Shown piece by piece: positions 17,043 through 26,647 of a DNA stretch of 63,395 nt. Both the position numbers and the translations under genes were made by a program. Within the stretch, counting starts at the first letter, position 1. Every line of letters starts with the position of its first letter. The notes under the pieces are model-generated. The model was not told where the DNA came from. It made no database searches and saw nothing but the letters and a program-made list of their open reading frames with translations. Origin of the DNA: a bacterium (lineage in GTDB: Bacteria > Patescibacteriota > Minisyncoccia > Phycocordibacterales > UBA5272); contig JAYTSG010000033.1 of NCBI GenBank assembly GCA_043745785.1, forward strand, positions 1-63,395. The letters are read 5' to 3'.

Positions 17043-18473
17043 ATGAAAGTAATAAAAATTTTGAGTATCACACTTTCTTTTGTATTAAGTCTTACTTTGC
17101 ATGCTTCCGCTGAAGGTAGTGCTTATACAGATATTATAGGTATCACGCACTACAGTAGCGGAGTAACTTCTCAGACTGACAGTATAGGCAATACGCACCT
17201 TAGTAACGGCGTAACATATTACACCGATTCTATTGGCAATACTCATTATAGTGGAGGATTAAACGGCATTAGTGGAACATCCTATACCGATAGTATAGGA
17301 ATTACACATTTTACATTTAGTGATGGAACTACAATTACAAAAGATACTGATGTAATAGGAAATACCCATTATACAGATAACAAAGGAAGAACAGGAACCT
17401 CATACACTGATAGTATTGGTAATACTTATTTTAGTGGTAGTTTGTTTCCTAGTAGTTGCCCATCGTATCAGGTCTATGATAATGTTCTTAATAAGTGCAT
17501 CATGAAGACTGCCTCCTCTGGTTCAAATAGTAATAATTGTACACAGTCAGAATTACTTTCTATAAAATCAAAATACAATATTGAAACACAGGAACAGCAA
17601 ATTAAAGATTTAAAAAATCAAATAACTGACCTTGATACACAAAGAAAATTGATACCAATTAAGCTCAACGAAGAAATGGTAGGAAGAGGTGCAACAGATT
17701 CAGGACTCGCCCCAATTCTTGCTAGCAGGTTAAGAGAAAATAGTAATAAGGTGACTGCCCTTAATATTCAACTTGAAGATGTATATTTAAAATATACGAA
17801 AGACATTAATTTAGTAAAAGAAGAATGTTATAGTCTTGGTGACAAAGCTTACCACAACACATTGGCTGTAAATACACAAAACAAAACTCAAGAAGTGGTG
17901 GTACCAACAGTAATAGAAGGTGGTTACATACGATGGCAAGATTTGTACTGTGACACTGGATACAACAAAGATATTGCTAACTTAAAATGTATAAGAGATA
18001 ATTCTGTCGCTATATGTTCTCAGAATCCAGACCAAAATGGAAACCTGTCAATGTCTTGTCGTTGTTCTGCGGGTTACAAATGGGCAGGTGGAACTAAGTG
18101 TCAGAAATATAATATCCAAACTGGTGAATTGATTGAAGAAAAACCTGTAACTGTTCAAACTACATCAATAGTCACTTCTACAACAAACAGTATTAACCAA
18201 AATGTAGTAAAAGCTACTTCTCCTGTAACTAAGATTAGTGATCCTTTTTTTACCAGAACCCTTAAAAGGGGAATGTCTGGTGACGACGTAAAACAATTGC
18301 AGACACTTCTTCAAAAGCTTAGTTACTTACCAAACACACAAACCCCTTCAACTTACTTTGGAGGTATAACAAGCAGTGCTCTTATAAAGTTTCAAAAGGA
18401 TAATAAGATACAGCCAGCAACAGGCTCCTTTGGCCCTGCAACACAAGCAAAACTACTCTCTCTAACCAAATAG
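17043..18473 (+). CDS. Secreted repeat protein with C-terminal peptidoglycan-binding domain
   Basis: Signal peptide; about 8 copies of a (Y)TDSIGNTHY motif; Cys-rich middle; C-terminal LKRGMSGDDVKQLQTLL...FGPATQAKL resembles PG_binding_1. Confidence 0.7.
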   Translation: MKVIKILSITLSFVLSLTLHASAEGSAYTDIIGITHYSSGVTSQTDSIGNTHLSNGVTYYTDSIGNTHYSGGLNGISGTSYTDSIGITHFTFSDGTTITKDTDVIGNTHYTDNKGRTGTSYTDSIGNTYFSGSLFPSSCPSYQVYDNVLNKCIMKTASSGSNSNNCTQSELLSIKSKYNIETQEQQIKDLKNQITDLDTQRKLIPIKLNEEMVGRGATDSGLAPILASRLRENSNKVTALNIQLEDVYLKYTKDINLVKEECYSLGDKAYHNTLAVNTQNKTQEVVVPTVIEGGYIRWQDLYCDTGYNKDIANLKCIRDNSVAICSQNPDQNGNLSMSCRCSAGYKWAGGTKCQKYNIQTGELIEEKPVTVQTTSIVTSTTNSINQNVVKATSPVTKISDPFFTRTLKRGMSGDDVKQLQTLLQKLSYLPNTQTPSTYFGGITSSALIKFQKDNKIQPATGSFGPATQAKLLSLTK

Positions 18474-18577
18474 ATTCTGACCACTCATCTGAGTTCTAAT
18501 CCCATCTACGACAGTACACATGTAATAGTAAAAGACTGAGCTTCTTGCCCAGTCTTTTACTTTACACAAAGTGACTA

Positions 18578-18696
18578 TTCGGGATTTGAACCGCTGATTA
18601 GCAAATCACGCCGTGAGGTGATGGCCGCAAGGAGCGAAGAGCGACTGTAGGTTTCGAGCACAGCAGTGCAAGAGGCAAATCCCGATAGCCATACAA
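18578..18696 (+). repeat. Partial His-type module M2 (lacks H1)
   Basis: cgggatttgaacc 18580-18592 is antisense to the tRNA-His T-arm; cgtgaggtgatgg...ggagcgaagagcgac is homologous to the M1 body; ends in sense repeat 18676-18696. Confidence 0.55.
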
Positions 18697-18912
18697 GAGA
18701 AAAAAGACAGCTTACGCTGCCTTTTTGTCTAGCTATCAGTAACAAGATCTAAGTTTTGTTATGTAGGATTTGAAAAGAAAACTGGTATATGGAATGATAT
18801 TTTAAAAATATAATTTTGCTAGTTTTCTCCGGGGTCGAGACTACATGCCAAGATGAAAAAAAGCAAAACTTTTGAAGCGATCCATAGCTGTGACCAAATA
18901 TTCCGATAGTGG
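18697..18912 (+). repeat. His-type module M3
   Basis: H1-like taacaagatctaagttttgttatgt 18740-18764; aggatttgaaa 18765-18775; ccggggtcgag 18829-18839; gtgacc, then degenerate sense repeat 18897-18912. Confidence 0.6.
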
Positions 18913-19009
18913 CACTAATTCATAATTAACTAAAAATATCCTTACATATCAGGAGATTTTTAGCTCCGACATTTGTCTACTCAGTAGAGAATTACATTGA
19001 ATGTCATAA

Positions 19010-19426
19010 ATGGTATACTATTTTTATATGAAAGGATTTATTTCAAATATTGAAAAAGAAACTCTAGAAAATGATGCTTTCCGTAAGGTTTTATACACAG
19101 GAAAACATAGTCAATTAGTTTTAATGAGTTTAAAACCTCAAGAAGAAATTGGCTCAGAGACTCACAATGAGAATGATCAGTTCTTTCGTTTTGAGAGTGG
19201 AGAAGGAAAATGTTTTATTGATGGGAACGAATATGATTTAAGCGATGGTGTGGCTGTCATTATTCCATCGGGCGCACAACATAATATTATTAATATCTCC
19301 GAAACAGAAGATTTAAAATTCTACACAATGTATTCTCCTGCACATCATAAAGATGGAATTATAAGAAAAACAAAAGAAGAAGCAGAAAACAACGAAGAAG
19401 ATTTTGATGGTATGACTTCGGAATAA
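19010..19426 (+). CDS. Cupin-domain protein
   Basis: GSETHNENDQFFRFESGEG...IIPSGAQHNIIN two-motif cupin pattern; real start may be 19028. Confidence 0.6.
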   Translation: MVYYFYMKGFISNIEKETLENDAFRKVLYTGKHSQLVLMSLKPQEEIGSETHNENDQFFRFESGEGKCFIDGNEYDLSDGVAVIIPSGAQHNIINISETEDLKFYTMYSPAHHKDGIIRKTKEEAENNEEDFDGMTSE

Positions 19427-19487
19427 AAAGAAGGATTCAATTATTCAGCACCATACAGCTTAGTTTTAATACCAGCTACAATAGTAG

Positions 19488-19690
19488 ACAAAATTTAAAT
19501 CCCGAAAGGTAAACCTTTCGGGATTTAAATTTTGCGAATACTCATAACAAGATCTAAGTTTTGTTATGTTAGATTTGAGTAAGATATCCGTATTTTCTGG
19601 AGTCGAGACTATGAGCCGAGATAAGAAGGTAAAACTTTTGAAGCGATCCGTAGTGTTGACTAAACATCATAATGATCACACCGTTTTGTG
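19488..19690 (+). repeat. His-type module M4 (paralog of M3)
   Basis: Hairpin 19490-19533 containing ttaaatcccgaa; 25 nt identical to M3 H1 (19546-19570); ctggagtcgag 19597-19607; aaaacttttgaagcgatcc shared with M3. Confidence 0.6.
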
Positions 19691-20122
19691 AGTTCACTTT
19701 GTAGTACAGATATTAAATTAAATTTACCTAAAATATCCTTATGAAAAAATATTTTTTGTTTATAACTTACGTACAGACGTCGTTAGGTATAGAATGTATT
19801 ACAATCACTGAGCTTGATTAAAGGTCTTTTTTCAAAATTCTCAAAACTTTACTGCATTATTATTCTTGTGAAAGCAGATCCAAGACATGATTTAATAATT
19901 CAGAATACAGTATATTTCAGGATAATACTGGACCCTAGTCTCCGTTTAGAGTGACAGCAGGGGATCTTTTGAAAGAGGCCTAATGATTATTTGAAAAATA
20001 GTAGAAAATGACGAGTCAACTATAGAGAGTATTTATACTAGCTATAGTTGGGTGATGTTAGATTTAATTTTAAAAAAGCAAACTTAGACGGACTCTTCCA
20101 TGTGAGTTTGTTTCCAGATACC

Positions 20123-20153
20123 AAAAGGTGGTGTTTAGACCACCTTTCTTTTT
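20123..20153. terminator. Bidirectional hairpin downstream of the P-type ATPase
   Basis: aaaggtggt/accaccttt stem with flanking A/T runs. Confidence 0.6.
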
Positions 20154-20234
20154 AGGGAAGCTGGCTCTCAAAAGTGTACAGCTGACTTATCTTGTAATGA
20201 GGTGTTCATATCTAGTTACGGACTACCTTCAATT

Positions 20235-22646
20235 TTAAAATCGTCTTTTATAAAGAGTTTTAAACAAAGCATCTACTAAGAAGATGGAAAGAGCTGAAAC
20301 AATAATAAGTATCATGAGAGGATAATTAATAGGTATTGTATGTAGAAAAGAATTACCTAAAAAATGATAAAAACTACCTAGTAGTAAGATTGCTTCTACA
20401 GCAATTGCTCCTAAAATAAACCTATTTGAAAAAAGAGAAAAAGAGAAAATAGTTTCATAGTTTTTTCTTACATTGAAAGCATTAAACCAGACGAATGCAG
20501 AAATAAGTAATAGTGTGGCTGTTCTTGCTTCTGGAAGCGAATAATGTTCTGTAAAAAGAGAGAAACCAAACAAAGAGACAGACCCGATAAAAGTTCCAAT
20601 GACGAGTATTTTCATAATGTCATACATGTTTAGTAGAAATCCAGAGTACCTTTTAAAGTTATAGCTTTTAAAAATAATTTCAGGCTCTTCTGTTGCAATA
20701 GAAACATCGAGTAATCCGGCAGTCACAAAATTGAGCCATAAGATTTGTATCGCAAGAAATGGTAATGGTATGGAAAGTGCAAGTGATCCTAGTAGTGCCA
20801 CTACTATGCCAAGAGAGGAGGTCATCAAGAATACTAAAGTCTTTCTAATATTCTCAGAGATGGTTCTTGCTTCAAAAATAGCAAGTGCTATGTCTGAGAA
20901 GTTATCATCTAAGAGCACGAGATCAGAAGCTTCTCTTGCAACTTCTGTACCAGACTTACCCATAGAAATTCCAATATTAGCTAATGAAAGAGCTGGTCCG
21001 TCGTTGACACCGTCACCTGTCATTGCTACCACTTCACCTAACTCTTGCAATATTGTTACTATTCTTTCCTTATGCATTGGGCTAGCACGTGCTATTACTT
21101 TTATTGTATATATTTTCTCTTTTAGTTCTTCGTCATGTAAAGTATCTAAGATATCTCCCGTAATAGAAATGTCATCTTTATGGTTCATGATGCCAACTTC
21201 CTTCGCTACGTATTCTCCAGTTAGAATATTATCTCCTGTAATCACAAGAAGGCTTATCCCTGCTTGCTTGCACTCACTTATAGATTGCTTCACCTCAGCC
21301 CTTATTTTATCTTCAAAGACGACGATACCAATAGGAGATATATTTTGCGTCATAAACTCTGAAGAAGCTGAAAGTTTTTTGTAGCCGACAACCAGAACTC
21401 TAAAACCCTTTTTAGTATATGGAGCAATAATAGCTTCATGAACACCAAGTGCTTCGGGTGACCCTTTGTATATTTGAATAAATGAGTCATCTATCTGGTA
21501 TTCTTTAGCATTATATTTTGCCTCACTTGTGAACGGAAGCTCTTTTATTTCTTTATAGATAAATGAACCTTGTAGATTTTTTTCCAATACAAGATCGAGT
21601 ACGTCTCCAACTTTTTCACCATTAATATTTTTGATATCAATACTATGATAAAGATAATTATTCCAAATTTCTTCAGGAAGATTATTTTTATTAATGTTAA
21701 CAATTTCTTTTACAGACAAATCACCATAAGTAAGTGTTCCTGTTTTATCTGTACAAATAAAAGAAACTGAAGCAAGGGTAGATCCAGATTGTAAATTACG
21801 AAGGAGAGCCCTTGCTCGACTTATGTGAAGTGCTCCTAAAGATAAAACAACAGTAAGCACAACAGGTAATCCTTCAGGTATAACTGCCACTCCTATTGCT
21901 ATGCTTGTTTTTATTGCTGTAGATACATTAACGCCCGTACTAATTGAAAATAATAAAAACAGGATAATGACAAACAAGAGTATAATAAGTAGATAGAGTG
22001 AGAAGGAAGAAAGTTTTTTACTTAACTCAGATTTTTTATCTGCATTTTTAGAAATATCTTTAGCAATAGTTCCTATAAAAGTATATTTTCCAATATTTTT
22101 AATTCGCATAAATGCATTACCAGAAACGATGACACTTCCTCGGTAAAGAGTGTCTTTTAACTTTTTTTCTATAGGCAAAGATTCACCAGTGAGTTGGCTC
22201 TCGTTTACCATGAGCATATGAGACTCAATTAGTTCACCGTCTGCAGGAATAAGATCTCCTGACTCTAGAAAAATAATGTCATCTATCGTCAAGTCTTCTG
22301 TTTTTATGTGTAATAACGTTGTACCCCTTAGAGCTCTTGATTTTGTATGGGAGAGCTTTTTTAAAGCTTTTATGGCATTATTTGCTTTGTATTCCTGCAA
22401 AGTACCAATAATAGAATTTACTATAAGTATGGCCAGAATGACAAAAGTATCAGTAGTCTCACCGCTTATAAATGATAATAATGATACTGCAAGTAATATA
22501 TAAATAAATGGGCTGGCAAATTGCTTTACAAATAAAAGTATGGGGTTATTTTTGTTAGCTTCTGGAAGAATATTTTTCCCATAAATTTCTAAATTTTTCT
22601 TCGCAACATCTTGGGATAGTCCTTCTAAGTTATAGGCTTTGTACAT
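20235..22646 (-). CDS. P-type cation-transporting ATPase (Ca2+/Mg2+-type)
   Basis: DKTGTLT phosphorylation motif, TGDGVNDGPAL hinge, about 10 TM segments. Confidence 0.85.
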   Translation of the reverse strand: MYKAYNLEGLSQDVAKKNLEIYGKNILPEANKNNPILLFVKQFASPFIYILLAVSLLSFISGETTDTFVILAILIVNSIIGTLQEYKANNAIKALKKLSHTKSRALRGTTLLHIKTEDLTIDDIIFLESGDLIPADGELIESHMLMVNESQLTGESLPIEKKLKDTLYRGSVIVSGNAFMRIKNIGKYTFIGTIAKDISKNADKKSELSKKLSSFSLYLLIILLFVIILFLLFSISTGVNVSTAIKTSIAIGVAVIPEGLPVVLTVVLSLGALHISRARALLRNLQSGSTLASVSFICTDKTGTLTYGDLSVKEIVNINKNNLPEEIWNNYLYHSIDIKNINGEKVGDVLDLVLEKNLQGSFIYKEIKELPFTSEAKYNAKEYQIDDSFIQIYKGSPEALGVHEAIIAPYTKKGFRVLVVGYKKLSASSEFMTQNISPIGIVVFEDKIRAEVKQSISECKQAGISLLVITGDNILTGEYVAKEVGIMNHKDDISITGDILDTLHDEELKEKIYTIKVIARASPMHKERIVTILQELGEVVAMTGDGVNDGPALSLANIGISMGKSGTEVAREASDLVLLDDNFSDIALAIFEARTISENIRKTLVFLMTSSLGIVVALLGSLALSIPLPFLAIQILWLNFVTAGLLDVSIATEEPEIIFKSYNFKRYSGFLLNMYDIMKILVIGTFIGSVSLFGFSLFTEHYSLPEARTATLLLISAFVWFNAFNVRKNYETIFSFSLFSNRFILGAIAVEAILLLGSFYHFLGNSFLHTIPINYPLMILIIVSALSIFLVDALFKTLYKRRF

Positions 22647-23016
22647 TGATTACTATTTTAGCACACCCAGTCAAAGATTTTAATCTAAAGTATTTCTCTA
22701 TTTTTATACAGAGTTAGTTCATTAACAAAAAAATAAATCCACTTGGAATAATGGTACATTACAATGGTAGGTTGTTACGCATAAACAAAATTGATAAGCT
22801 TAGATTTTTTCTACCCTACTCTCCATATTTGCTGGAGTGTTGTTGATTAGTATAAAAATACTAACACAAAGAATGTCAGGTAAAGTGACCGTACGTGCTT
22901 ATTATTCGAACATGATATAATGTTTGTAAGAACAGCTAACTAAAGCTAGCTGTAAACACACCTCCTAAAGAAAAGATAATCACAAAAAAGTTCAGAACAT
23001 TCCTCGTGTATATAAT

Positions 23017-23250
23017 ATGAAAATAATAATAAAATTTTTTAGAAAGTTTTTTTCAAACCCAAAAGTTAGAAAGTTTATTGGAGTATTTTTAGTGATATTT
23101 GGGTTTATAGGACTTGTTACACCGTTTACTCCTTGGGGGTTTTTATTTTTCGTCGGTTTAGAAATGGTAGGTATTCGTGTTCTTTTTATAGAAAAATGGA
23201 AAAAAAGATTTTTAGCACTAAAATTTTTCCAAAAAATACCTAAAGTATAA
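23017..23250 (+). CDS. Small hypothetical membrane protein
   Basis: 77 aa with two hydrophobic helices. Confidence 0.35.
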   Translation: MKIIIKFFRKFFSNPKVRKFIGVFLVIFGFIGLVTPFTPWGFLFFVGLEMVGIRVLFIEKWKKRFLALKFFQKIPKV

Positions 23251-23678
23251 AAAGCTATGCTCTCCTCTGTGTTGGTAAAGGTGAAAGCACTCTTCATATC
23301 TTTCATTTTGTTATGAGCTTATTCTTATAAGGTTAGCCTTCTTGTCTTTGAGTGATCTTGCGAAGAGATTCTGTATCCTTGTTATAGAATGAAGGTTATC
23401 TCTAGGTTGTTTCTGTCGTACTCGCTCACAAAGTTTGCTATGCGTTTCTCTGTGCATAAAAGACAGCTTTTTTGTTGATGTTGCAGTTCCTCTTGTTTGT
23501 GCGAAATCTGTTCCTCTCGTAAGTGGAATGACTAAAGAAATACTTGCTATTACTTTTTGTATACATATTTTTATTATTTACAATGGAAACTATTACCTAA
23601 GTATTAGCATAAATCGCCACACCTTTAATACAAGAGAAATATTTATTGACTTATATTATTTTCATACAAAAAAAGACA

Positions 23679-24332
23679 ATGCCAACTAATTCAAACTGTG
23701 ATACAGTAAAGGTTATGGTAACTCTTCTCCATCTTTTCGATACAGCTCAGCTCATGGAGACACTCAAAGTTATTGGGTATGGAGGAATAGGTGCAATCGT
23801 TTTTGCAGAATCAGGACTCTTTTTTGGTTTTTTCTTACCAGGAGATAGTCTTCTCTTTGCTGCTGGAATACTTGCAAGTAGCGGAGTTTTCTCTTTATCT
23901 GCCTTACTCGTAATCGTTATTCTTGCTGCAATCGTAGGGGATAGTGTTGGATATTTTTTTGGCAGATGTGTTGGTAGAAAACTTTTAAAGAAAAAAAACT
24001 CTTTTTTCTTTAAAAGGAAATATTTACTTGAGGCAGAAGTGTTCTACGAGAAACATGGACCAAAAGCAATTGTACTCGGAAGGTTCATACCAATTGTTCG
24101 TACTTTTGTCCCTATAGTAGCAGGTGTAGCTTTGATGAAGTATGGAACTTTTTTGAAATATAATATTCTTGGAGGGTTCATTTGGGGAGGAGGAGTGATT
24201 TGTCTAGGTTATTTGCTAGGTACTCGAATACCTGCTGTCGAACATTATTTGCTTCCAATCATTGTTATTATCATTACAGTATCTTTCCTACCTTTATTGT
24301 ATGAGCTACTATCTGCTCAAAAAAAGAAGTGA
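23679..24332 (+). CDS. DedA-family membrane protein
   Basis: GIGAIVFAESGLFFGFFLPGDSLLFAAG and GRFIPIVRTF motifs; start codon uncertain (23646 TTG, 23679 or 23712 ATG). Confidence 0.75.
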   Translation: MPTNSNCDTVKVMVTLLHLFDTAQLMETLKVIGYGGIGAIVFAESGLFFGFFLPGDSLLFAAGILASSGVFSLSALLVIVILAAIVGDSVGYFFGRCVGRKLLKKKNSFFFKRKYLLEAEVFYEKHGPKAIVLGRFIPIVRTFVPIVAGVALMKYGTFLKYNILGGFIWGGGVICLGYLLGTRIPAVEHYLLPIIVIIITVSFLPLLYELLSAQKKK

Positions 24333-24395
24333 TGACTATGTGAAAGTGCTTAGTGTAAGTTTCTCTAGGTTTAAAATCGGGTAGGCTAGACTGAT

Positions 24396-25095
24396 ATGAA
24401 AAAAACTATAAGTACTTTTGTTGCAGGAAGAGTTATTTCTGGTGCCGGTAAAAGAATTGCAACTTTACCGATTGTTGTTATTTTAAAAACAAAGGCTTAC
24501 GGTGTAAATATTATTGAAGCTAATCCTTATTTGAATGTCGATGCAAGAACTATGAATACTAAAGAACGGGGATAATTTTTCGTGCTTGCTGACAGTTTAG
24601 AAACTGATCAAGATATCGGTAATTATGAGAGATTTTTGCGTAAAGATGCTGATTCTTCAGATTATATGACATCGGTATAGCCTACCATTTGGTAGTTGAA
24701 AGGACATCTCTCTTGGATATTAAGGTAATTATGGTGAGACTCTGAGACTTAGTTTTAATACTTGCGAGTTATTTGCAGGAATTATTACAGAAAATAAATA
24801 TCTAAAAAAGAATAAAACCTATATAAATATATGAGAAAAAGACATTTTAGTGATTAGTAAGAGATGTAGATATTGATTTCAAGCAACTATAAAGTTTATA
24901 TTGCTTCTTTCAGAAAAAAATCTTATTTTTCCTATGGTGTCATTAGACAAAAAACTCATGGAGATAGCTGAACTCTCTCATAAAGATGATCTATTTTTCC
25001 TCGATACTTAGTTTCATCCTGAACTCGTAGCTAGAGTGCTTGCTCCGTATCCACTCTTTACAGAATTTTTGAAAGCGTCCATTCTTCAAAAAAAA
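24396..25095 (+). pseudogene. pyrG: Decayed CTP synthase (pyrG) remnant
   Basis: N-terminal GAGKRIATL...ANPYLNVDARTMN..RG*FFVLADSLETDQDIGNYERFL (in-frame TAA at 24573-24575), then frameshifts and a large internal deletion; C-terminal FHPELVARVLAPYPLFTEFLKA preceded by TAG. Confidence 0.65.
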
Positions 25096-25136
25096 TACGT
25101 AGAAAAGTTTATTGGTAAATATCTTAAGTTTTTGCT

Positions 25137-25871
25137 ATGCTCATACATATGAGTGAAATAGTGATAAAAAATGTTAGTAAATCGTATGATGGAGGAGTTA
25201 CTTATTCAGTAAAAAATCTATCACTAAGTCTCAAAAAAGGAACTATTTTTGGTTTTTTAGGGGCAAATGGTGCTGGTAAAACAACAACAATTAAAATGTT
25301 GGTAGGACTTACTAGACCAACAAATGGAGAAATTCTTATTTTAGGAAAGTCGCCTGAAGACAGTGAAATAAAATCGTTCATAGGCTTTATGTCTGAGTCA
25401 CCATCTTTTTACCCCCATCTTACAGGTAAGGAGCTTCTCTCTTTTATTGCTAATCTTTTTAAGATAAAGAATCCAGAAAAGAAAATAGAGGAGGTTCTTC
25501 TTTTAGTTGACTTACAGAATGCTGGCAATAAAAAAGTTAAAACGTATTCAAAAGGAATGCTTCAAAGGCTTGGTTTCGCGCAAGCGCTATTAAATGATCC
25601 AGATATCATTTTTCTGGACGAGCCTCTCGACGGTCTTGATCCACTTGGGCGTGCTGAAATCAAAAAAATTATTTTTTCATTAAAAACGAAGAAGAAAACC
25701 ATTTTCTTTAATTCTCACATTTTGGGAGATATGGAAGAAATTTGTGATGAGGTAGGGATTATTGACAAAGGGGTGCTTATCGTTCACGATAGTCCTGCGA
25801 AAGTAAGAGGTAAATACGGCAACCTCGAGGAAGCTTTTGTTTCAATTATTAAAGAAGCCCGTAAAAAATAA
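25137..25871 (+). CDS. ABC transporter ATP-binding protein (ABC-2 type)
   Basis: Walker A GANGAGKTT, signature YSKGMLQRL, Walker B IIFLDEP. Confidence 0.85.
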   Translation: MLIHMSEIVIKNVSKSYDGGVTYSVKNLSLSLKKGTIFGFLGANGAGKTTTIKMLVGLTRPTNGEILILGKSPEDSEIKSFIGFMSESPSFYPHLTGKELLSFIANLFKIKNPEKKIEEVLLLVDLQNAGNKKVKTYSKGMLQRLGFAQALLNDPDIIFLDEPLDGLDPLGRAEIKKIIFSLKTKKKTIFFNSHILGDMEEICDEVGIIDKGVLIVHDSPAKVRGKYGNLEEAFVSIIKEARKK

Positions 25872-25874
25872 ATT

Positions 25875-26645
25875 ATGTTACATCAGATTTTTTTGATTGC
25901 AAAAAATACCTATCTTGAGACAGTTCGTGACAGAGTTATCCTCGGAGGGACTGTAATCTCTTTCTTTGCGATACTCTTTTCTTTATTTATAGGAACTATT
26001 TCAGTAGAGCAAAACACAAGAATTATTATCGACCTCAGTCTTTCTTCAATCTACATACTGCAAGTATTTATCTCTATCTTCATCGGAGCGACATTACTCT
26101 CAAAAGAGATTGAAAGAAAAACACTTTTTTTACTTATTCCTAAAGTTTCAAGAAGGGAATCTCTTCTTGTTGGTAAAATAGCTGGCCTCCTTTTTGTCGT
26201 TGTCGTTGTTACTGTTATCAATGTATTTTTACTTCTCGTGTTACTTTACTCAAGAACAGGAGTTTCCTTTGCAGGAATTATCACTATTTCACTTTTGTAC
26301 AGCCTTCTCGAAGTGTTGATTCTCATTGTGCTTTCAGTCTTTTTTTCACTTTTTACTTCACCTATACTTTCAGTACTCTTCACGTTCTCAATGTTTTTAG
26401 TTGGGCATTCACAAAGTATTTTAAAATTCATTATTCTTCACACGAACTCAGCAACACTCTCTGAGACTCTTAAAGTTTTTTATTATCTATTGCCTAATTT
26501 AGAGAAGTTTAATATACGTAACGATGTTATCTATAAAGTAATTCCAGAGTGGAAAAACATGCTCTTTACCCTCATTTATGCGCTTCTGTACACTGCTCTT
26601 ATCTTCTCCATTTCAAGAATCTTATTTAAAAGAAAAGAGTTTTAA
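25875..26645 (+). CDS. ABC-2-type transporter permease
   Basis: 256 aa, 6 predicted TM helices, immediately follows the ATPase. Confidence 0.7.
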   Translation: MLHQIFLIAKNTYLETVRDRVILGGTVISFFAILFSLFIGTISVEQNTRIIIDLSLSSIYILQVFISIFIGATLLSKEIERKTLFLLIPKVSRRESLLVGKIAGLLFVVVVVTVINVFLLLVLLYSRTGVSFAGIITISLLYSLLEVLILIVLSVFFSLFTSPILSVLFTFSMFLVGHSQSILKFIILHTNSATLSETLKVFYYLLPNLEKFNIRNDVIYKVIPEWKNMLFTLIYALLYTALIFSISRILFKRKEF

Positions 26646-26647
26646 GT

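Larger units (their letters stand above)
16772..19745. mobile_element. Array of tRNA-His-3'-end-derived repeats and modules interleaved with two cargo genes
   Basis: Sense copies of the tRNA-His end at 16777-16791, 16951-16962, 18676-18696 (21 of 22 nt), 18897-18912; antisense copies at 16801-16814, 16853-16864, 18580-18592, 18765-18775, 19518-19530. Confidence 0.5.

Noticed and set aside
16750-19700. Possible CRISPR array, because a short sequence (caaatcccgata) recurs many times
   Set aside because: Repeats are tRNA-His 3'-end fragments in both orientations, with irregular spacing (12 nt to about 1.7 kb) and variable length. Protein-coding genes lie between them and no cas genes are present.
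20731-21384. 217-aa ORF antisense to the P-type ATPase, plus similar shadow ORFs at 10186..10590, 22276..22503, 32335..32682, 33921..34322 and 43179..43535
   Set aside because: Each lies fully inside a confidently identified gene on the other strand and has low-complexity or unrecognisable sequence. These are typical shadow ORFs.
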